The notes under the pieces: generated by a model
Databases searched by the model: none
What the model was told of the DNA's origin: nothing
What the model saw: the letters and a program-made list of their open reading frames with translations, nothing else
Shown: positions 50,543 through 55,607 of the stretch, piece after piece
Layout: every line of letters begins with the position of its first letter
Numbering within the stretch: position 1 is the stretch's first letter
Made by a program: the position numbers and the translations under genes
Source: Candidatus Limnocylindria bacterium
GTDB lineage: Bacteria; Chloroflexota; Limnocylindria; P2-11E
Reading direction: 5' to 3'
Assembly: GCA_041496945.1 (NCBI GenBank)
Contig: JBGQFO010000004.1
Coordinates: forward strand, 1 to 55,607
Length of the DNA stretch: 55,607 nt

Positions 50543-50968
50543 ATGCGGGCGCGCCACGTCATCGCTCTTGCCATCGCGACCAGCCTGCTGGCGGTCGCCT
50601 GTGGCTCCGGATCCGCTGCCCCCGCGACGACCGCGACGACGCTCACGGTCACGCTCACCGACACCACCGTGCAGCTGAGCGCGGCCACGATCCCCCCAGG
50701 CAAGGTGACGCTCCGGGTCGTGAACACGGGAACGGTCGTGCACAGCATCGTCCTGCTCAAGACCGACATCGCACAGGACAAGATCCCGGCGGACACAAAG
50801 GACCCCTCGAAGGTGCAGGAGGTCGGCAGCGTCGCGGCGACGGGCCAGATGGCCGTCGGCGTGACGAAGGAGCTGGTGCGTGATCTCGCCGCGGGCAACT
50901 ACGTGTTCATCTGCAACGAGCCCGCGCACTACCTCGTCGGGATGCATGTCGGGCTGGTCGTCAAGTGA
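50543..50968 (+). CDS. Type-1 copper cupredoxin lipoprotein (auracyanin/sulfocyanin-like), 141 aa
   Basis: Lipobox LAVAC, NTGTVVH, YVFICNEPAHYLVGM (H...C..H...M). SD AGGAG. Confidence 0.9.
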   Translation: MRARHVIALAIATSLLAVACGSGSAAPATTATTLTVTLTDTTVQLSAATIPPGKVTLRVVNTGTVVHSIVLLKTDIAQDKIPADTKDPSKVQEVGSVAATGQMAVGVTKELVRDLAAGNYVFICNEPAHYLVGMHVGLVVK

Positions 50969-51480
50969 ACAGGGCCGCCGTCTCGCTCGCCGCCCTCTTC
51001 CTCGCGGCGGCCTGCGGCGGTGGCACTTCGTCCGCAGCTGAGCCGTCCGCGGCCGCGACCCGCGCTCCGGCGGTCGCGACGCTCCCGCCCACGTCGACCG
51101 TCGCGGCCACAGTCGCGCCCACACCCGTCGCCACCACCAGCGCGCCCGCATCGACGGCGACGACGCCCGCCGCGACCGCGACGCCCGCGGCGACGAGTGC
51201 CGCGAGCCCGTCGGCCGGCGGGCTGAGCGCCCTGGCCGCACGCGGCAAGGTCGTCTTCGAGACCGCCGGCGAGGTCGGGTGCCAGGACTGCCACGGGCCA
51301 GCGGGCAAGGGCGGCACGCTCAAGAACGGCCAGACCGCACCGGACATCCGCGGCGCCACGTACCAGAAGGTCTACGACGCGCTGCGTGGCGGCGTGCCGA
51401 ACATGACCTTCATCAAGCTGACGACCGCGGAGCTCGAGGCCGTCGTCGAGTACCTCCAGTACCTGAACACGCTGCCATGA
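50965..51480 (+). CDS. Monoheme cytochrome c lipoprotein with long Ala/Thr/Pro linker, 171 aa
   Basis: Lipobox LAAAC, CQDCH, VPNM axial Met. GTGA overlap. Confidence 0.9.
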   Translation: MNRAAVSLAALFLAAACGGGTSSAAEPSAAATRAPAVATLPPTSTVAATVAPTPVATTSAPASTATTPAATATPAATSAASPSAGGLSALAARGKVVFETAGEVGCQDCHGPAGKGGTLKNGQTAPDIRGATYQKVYDALRGGVPNMTFIKLTTAELEAVVEYLQYLNTLP

Positions 51481-51588
51481 ATCTCGGCGATCCCGAAGGG
51501 ATCGACCGGTAGGACAGGAAGTAGGAAAGGTAGGAGCCATGCATCGAGCCCAGCGACCACGACCAGATGGAGGAAAGGAAGGCAACAC

Positions 51589-53058
51589 ATGAAGCGACAC
51601 CTCGTGAAGTTCCTCGCCATCGGTGCGGCGGTCGCGATCCTCGCGGGAGCCTGCACGCAGGCCGCCCCCGGGACCGCGTCGCCGACACCGCAGCAGTCCG
51701 CAGCGACCGTCACGACGACCGTCCAGTCCGCGCAGCTGCAACCGGCGCCGGCCGGGGCACAGCCGAGCGGCTGGGAGACCGCCGAAGCGATCCGCGGTCA
51801 GCTGAAGCTCCTCGCGAAATTCGACTCCTCGGGCAGCCCAGCCTGGGATCAGGTCAAGCACCCGACCGTCTTCGTGAGCAGCATGAGCTACCCGCTTGCC
51901 ACCGCCCAGCAGGCCGGCAAGATCTACGGCAGCGGCTTCTACATCATGGACGCGTACACAAAGGAGGTCGTCGCCTCACGCGTGTACGACCTCGGCGAGC
52001 CGCTGACCACGTACCCGCACTCCGTCGGCGCGTCGCCCGACGGCAAGTGGATCTACTTCATGCAGGCCGATCAGGTCGCGGCAACCAAAGAGGCCCGCGC
52101 CATGATCTTCATCGTCAACGCGCAGACCTTGAAGCTCGACAAGGTGCTCCAGCACCCGACCCAGCGTCTGCACCACGTCGGCGCGTTCAAGGACTCCAAG
52201 GGCCAGGACCGCGTGGTCCTCGACATGGGGTTCGGCGCGACGGGCGGGCCGCACTTCCTGCTCGACCCGAAGAACGACAACAAGGTCGTCCAGGCGATCA
52301 CCTTCGACGACATCCGTCCGATGGGTCACCCGTTCACGTCCCCCTCTCCGGACGGCAAGTACCTCTACATCTCGATGGGCGCCCCGGAGATCCGTGACGC
52401 CGAGTCCTACGCGGCGTCGATCGCGAAGTGGGACATCGAGAAGAAGGTCGCGACCGTCATTCACGGCGTGGGCAACCACCCGATCGGCGTGGCGAACACG
52501 CAGGACGGGAAGTTCACCTACGTCGTCGACGCGGAGAACAGCAAGGTCTTCAAGATCGACAACGCCACCAACACGATCATCGGCAAGACCAGCGCGGGCG
52601 TGGCCGGTCCGTACGGCGCTCGCCTGAACTGGGATGAGACACAGCTCTACATCGTGGGCAAGGGCGAGGGCAGCCACAACAAGGGCAGCGTCCTCGGCCT
52701 CATCGACACGAAGACGTTCCAGCAAGTGAAGCTCGCGAACATGCCGATCGAGCTCCTCACCGAGGCGAACGCCGCGGCTGGTGGAGTCGTCGCGAGCGTC
52801 GACCACGCGATCCTGCACCCCGACCCGACGTTGAACGAGATGTGGATCAGCAACATGGCCGGCAACGAGACCATCATCCTGGACATCGCCACCAACAAGG
52901 TGAAGGCCTACATCCCAACACCCAACGGCGGCAACACACACTCCGGCTTCTTCATGAAGTACGACGCGAGCTGGAATGGGGAGCTCCTCGCGGACATGCT
53001 CAGCCCCGGCCCAGCGCAATCCAAGCTCATGAAAGAGAAGGCAGCGGCAGTCAAGTAG
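51589..53058 (+). CDS. His-rich beta-propeller lipoprotein (YncE/NosZ-propeller-like), function unknown, 489 aa
   Basis: Lipobox LAGAC, SPDGK repeats, His at blade starts (YPH, LHH, MGH, GNH, VDH, NTH). Strong SD. Confidence 0.75.
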   Translation: MKRHLVKFLAIGAAVAILAGACTQAAPGTASPTPQQSAATVTTTVQSAQLQPAPAGAQPSGWETAEAIRGQLKLLAKFDSSGSPAWDQVKHPTVFVSSMSYPLATAQQAGKIYGSGFYIMDAYTKEVVASRVYDLGEPLTTYPHSVGASPDGKWIYFMQADQVAATKEARAMIFIVNAQTLKLDKVLQHPTQRLHHVGAFKDSKGQDRVVLDMGFGATGGPHFLLDPKNDNKVVQAITFDDIRPMGHPFTSPSPDGKYLYISMGAPEIRDAESYAASIAKWDIEKKVATVIHGVGNHPIGVANTQDGKFTYVVDAENSKVFKIDNATNTIIGKTSAGVAGPYGARLNWDETQLYIVGKGEGSHNKGSVLGLIDTKTFQQVKLANMPIELLTEANAAAGGVVASVDHAILHPDPTLNEMWISNMAGNETIILDIATNKVKAYIPTPNGGNTHSGFFMKYDASWNGELLADMLSPGPAQSKLMKEKAAAVK

Positions 53059-53077
53059 TCAAGAAAGCGATGGATGC

Positions 53078-53103
53078 GGGGTGCCCTCACGCGAGGGCAC
53101 CCC
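53078..53103. terminator. Intercistronic stem-loop (no U-tract)
   Basis: GGGGTGCCCTC-ACGC-GAGGGCACCCC, a perfect 11-bp stem 20 nt after the propeller stop. Confidence 0.6.
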
Positions 53104-53124
53104 AAGTCCGCAACGGAGAGTGAC

Positions 53125-53625
53125 GTGAACAAGATCGCGATCGCCGCAGTCACCAGTGTCTTCGCGCTCGCGGCGTGTGGGGGGACGTCAGCTCCGGCTG
53201 CGACGTCGCAGGCGACCGTCGCCGCGGCCCCCACCGCGGCACCAGCGACCCAGGCTCCCGCCGCCACGCCGGCAAAGACCGCGGCTCCCGCGGCATCGAC
53301 TCCTGCCGCATCGGCTCCTGCCGCATCGGCGCCCGCCGCGGCCGGCACACCGCGCAAGATCGCGGTCAGCGCGACGAACAGCAACTACAGCATCGCCACG
53401 CTCGAGGTGAAGTCCAGCGAGAAGATCGAGTTCGTGCTCACCAACACCGGTGAGGAGAAGCACAACCTGGTCGGCGTCGGCGAGGGCATCTCCATCGTGA
53501 GCCCCGACTTCGACGCCGGTAACACGGTCTCCTGGATCTGGACGGCCCCGACCAAGCTCGGCACCTTCCAGCTCCGGTGCTCCTACCACACCACCCTTCC
53601 GCCGATCCTGGTCACCGTGAAGTGA
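53125..53625 (+). CDS. Cupredoxin-domain lipoprotein (H...CxxH, no axial Met), 166 aa
   Basis: Lipobox LAAC, Ala/Pro linker, NTGEEKHN, FQLRCSYH. SD GGAG before GTG 53125. Confidence 0.82.
   Translation: MNKIAIAAVTSVFALAACGGTSAPAATSQATVAAAPTAAPATQAPAATPAKTAAPAASTPAASAPAASAPAAAGTPRKIAVSATNSNYSIATLEVKSSEKIEFVLTNTGEEKHNLVGVGEGISIVSPDFDAGNTVSWIWTAPTKLGTFQLRCSYHTTLPPILVTVK
53293..53337. repeat. 3 x 15-bp tandem repeat in a lipoprotein linker
   Basis: GCATCGACTCCTGCC / GCATCGGCTCCTGCC / GCATCGGCGCCCGCC = ASTPA-ASAPA-ASAPA. Confidence 0.85.
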
Positions 53626-54911
53626 GCGTCCTCACCGCACGCGCCGCCGTCGCGACCCGGAGCCACCTCGCCCTCGTGGGCGTGGCGATGCTCCTGGTCG
53701 CCGCGGTCGCGTCCGCGGCGTTGCTGCTGCGCACGCAGCCGCCGGCGGCGGCGCCCGCGACCACCGCCACCAACGTGCTTGCGGTCGTCGAACGCCGCGC
53801 GACCGCGGACGGCGGCCGGATCGACATCCAGGCGATCCTGGCGACCCCGGCGTACCTCCGCTGGACCGGACAGCCCGCGCTCGCGGAGCGGACCGCCGCC
53901 TCGGGTGAGCTCTCGATCATCTTCTCCGAGGACATCCATGAAGGCGCCCTGCCGGATCGACCCATGTGGCCGATCGTCGTCGATGGCCGCACGTACACGC
54001 CGGCACGTACCGACACCGTCTTCGACAGCGACCACCACCGCACGAGCGTGCTCGTCTACACCGACCCGTCCGCGCCGCTCGCGGTCGCGAGCGTCGCCGT
54101 GGCGGAGCTCCAGATCGCCGGCGCCGACGGATCGCTGCGCTGGGACAGGCCCTTCGGTGACGCCACCGGTACCGCCCAGGGTGGGCTCTCGGCCCCGCTG
54201 ATCCTCGCGCTCATGGGCGGGATGCTCGCGTCGATGTGGCCGTGTCTCTTCCAGCTCACGGCGTACTTCCTGCCGAGCGTCGCCGGCCTCTCCGTCGACC
54301 AGGCGCGCGATGGTCGCGCCGACGGTGCCGTACTCCGGACGGCGGTCCTGTTCGTCTCCGGCATCGTCATCGTGTACACCCTCGCGGGCTTGGCCGCGGG
54401 ATTCGCCGCGCAGTCCGTCTCGGGCACCGAGCAGTTCCAGGCGGCGCGCCAACCCCTGACGTTCGTGGCCGGGCTCGTGATCATCGGGATGGCCGCCAGG
54501 CTCGCGCTGCGCGCGCGTCGTCCGCTCGTCTGCCACATGCCGACGACCTCGCCGCGTCCGCGGCAGGGTCTTGGCACGGTCGCGCTCGGCCTCGCGTTCG
54601 CGACCGGCTGCATGACGTGCTTCGGTGCCGCGGTCGTGCTCGGCATGTTCACCTACGTCGTATCCACGGCCTCGCCGTTCGTCGGCGCGGCGATCCTCTT
54701 CGTGTTCTCGCTCGGGATCGCGGTGCCGCTCGTGCTCGCCGCGATGGCGATGGCGCGCGTCCTCCCGCTTCTCACCCGCCTCGAGCGCGTCACGCCCGCG
54801 CTCACCCTCGTCTCGGCGACGATCATGGCCGCGTACGGCGTGCTTCTGCTCACCGGGACGTCGCACGTCATGAGCGATGCCATCGCTCGTCTCGCGAGCA
54901 CCCTCCGATGA
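53622..54911 (+). CDS. CcdA/DsbD-TM-like protein fused to an N-terminal extracytoplasmic domain, 429 aa
   Basis: GGMLASMWPCL, FVSG...YTL.G, GLAFATGCMTC, FSLGIAVP. GTG 53622 in a GTGA overlap. Confidence 0.8.
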   Translation: MSVLTARAAVATRSHLALVGVAMLLVAAVASAALLLRTQPPAAAPATTATNVLAVVERRATADGGRIDIQAILATPAYLRWTGQPALAERTAASGELSIIFSEDIHEGALPDRPMWPIVVDGRTYTPARTDTVFDSDHHRTSVLVYTDPSAPLAVASVAVAELQIAGADGSLRWDRPFGDATGTAQGGLSAPLILALMGGMLASMWPCLFQLTAYFLPSVAGLSVDQARDGRADGAVLRTAVLFVSGIVIVYTLAGLAAGFAAQSVSGTEQFQAARQPLTFVAGLVIIGMAARLALRARRPLVCHMPTTSPRPRQGLGTVALGLAFATGCMTCFGAAVVLGMFTYVVSTASPFVGAAILFVFSLGIAVPLVLAAMAMARVLPLLTRLERVTPALTLVSATIMAAYGVLLLTGTSHVMSDAIARLASTLR

Positions 54912-55360
54912 GGCTCGCCGCCGCGATCCTGGCCGCGCTTTTCGCCGCGAGCTGCACCGCCGCGACGGCCACGGCGCCCTCGCCCGCCGCGCTGCCGGAC
55001 GCGCCGCTCCTCGCGAGCGAGAGCGGCGTGCTGCGTCCGATCGACAACGGGGGTCGCGTCGCGTTGAAGAGTGGCTACGCCACCGTGAAGCTGTCGCCGT
55101 CGCCGCAGTCCATGGACCCGCTCCTCCAGGTGTGGGTCTTCGACTCCGCCGGCAAGGCGCAGGAAGCAAACGTGTCGGTCGACTACGAGTCGCTCGACAT
55201 GGACCACGGCATGACGACGGCGATGGGTCAGTTCCACGAGGGCTGCTATCGCATGGGGCTCTCCTTCGGGATGGCCGGCTCGTGGCGTCTCACGATCCAC
55301 GTCGCGCGCGGCGGAGCCGAAGAGAAGCTCGTTCTGATCCTTCCCTGGGTGGGCCTGTGA
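54908..55360 (+). CDS. YtkA/FixH-like lipoprotein (putative Cu chaperone), 150 aa
   Basis: Lipobox FAASC, SLDMDHGM, Y...LSFGMAGSWRLTIHV. ATGA overlap. Confidence 0.72.
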   Translation: MRLAAAILAALFAASCTAATATAPSPAALPDAPLLASESGVLRPIDNGGRVALKSGYATVKLSPSPQSMDPLLQVWVFDSAGKAQEANVSVDYESLDMDHGMTTAMGQFHEGCYRMGLSFGMAGSWRLTIHVARGGAEEKLVLILPWVGL

Positions 55361-55607
55361 CCGCGGGCTACGCCGAGGACCTCGTCGCGGAGGCGCGTCA
55401 TCCCGTCGGCGACGGCGCGCTCGCGTCACCGCGCCGGACCGCGCGGCTCACCAACCCCGTGTGCGGCGACGAGATCGACCTCGACCTGGACCACGACGGC
55501 GCCCGCATCACCGATCTCGCGCACCGGACGCGCGGCTGCTCCTTCACCCGCGCCTCCGCCTCGCTCCTCGCGCGTTACGTGACTGGCATGAGCGTCGCGA
55601 GCGCGCG
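55357..55607 (+). CDS. SufU/IscU (NifU-N) family protein, truncated by the window end
   Basis: Hand translation from GTG 55357: MTAGYAEDLVAEARHPVGDG...TNPVCGDEI...RGCSFTRASAS. It is absent from the ORF track because there is no stop. Confidence 0.85.
   Translation, partial: MTAGYAEDLVAEARHPVGDGALASPRRTARLTNPVCGDEIDLDLDHDGARITDLAHRTRGCSFTRASASLLARYVTGMSVASA

Noticed and set aside
51589-53058. Calling the propeller nosZ or nirS
   Set aside because: There is no CuA motif, no heme-binding CxxCH in the protein, and no nosDFYL or nir heme d1 genes. Only the His pattern is suggestive.

Overview
High-GC (about 70% by eye) bacterial window of about 61 tightly packed, often translationally coupled CDSs. 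The gene content fits a monoderm lineage such as Chloroflexota/Limnocylindria-like (inference). Left to right: (1) 1-14.3 kb cell-envelope glycosylation block with seven GT-C-type membrane glycosyltransferases, a GT2, a UPF0104 flippase-like protein, PHP, GT4, TagA/WecB and mreB; (2) divergent ZIP transporter and FTR1-lipoprotein fusion with a DtxR-family regulator and a DtxR-like operator; (3) small accessory genes, a 150-bp hairpin element and a His-rich beta-propeller; (4) a complete F-type atp operon, with corA, a Hint-domain lipoprotein, a degenerate Rieske protein, an S9 peptidase and DUF72 upstream; (5) the conserved prmC-tsaC-rpiB-glyA-upp-wecA cluster with insertions; (6) a three-gene TAT-FeS/NrfD(ActC-like)-Ig/cytochrome c module; (7) tldD, a 40-aa repeat sORF, pmbA, a squalene-cyclase-repeat protein, a BtrH-like protein and uppP; (8) a copper/heme lipoprotein operon (cupredoxin, cytochrome c, His-rich beta-propeller, cupredoxin, CcdA-like, YtkA-like) followed by a truncated SufU/IscU gene. 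The best candidates for undescribed systems are blocks 8, 7 and 1 and the Hint lipoprotein. Many genes look leaderless (TANNNT 6-7 nt before the start codon). I saw no rRNA, tRNA, CRISPR array, transposase or integrase. All family calls come from motif recognition by eye, not from database searches.
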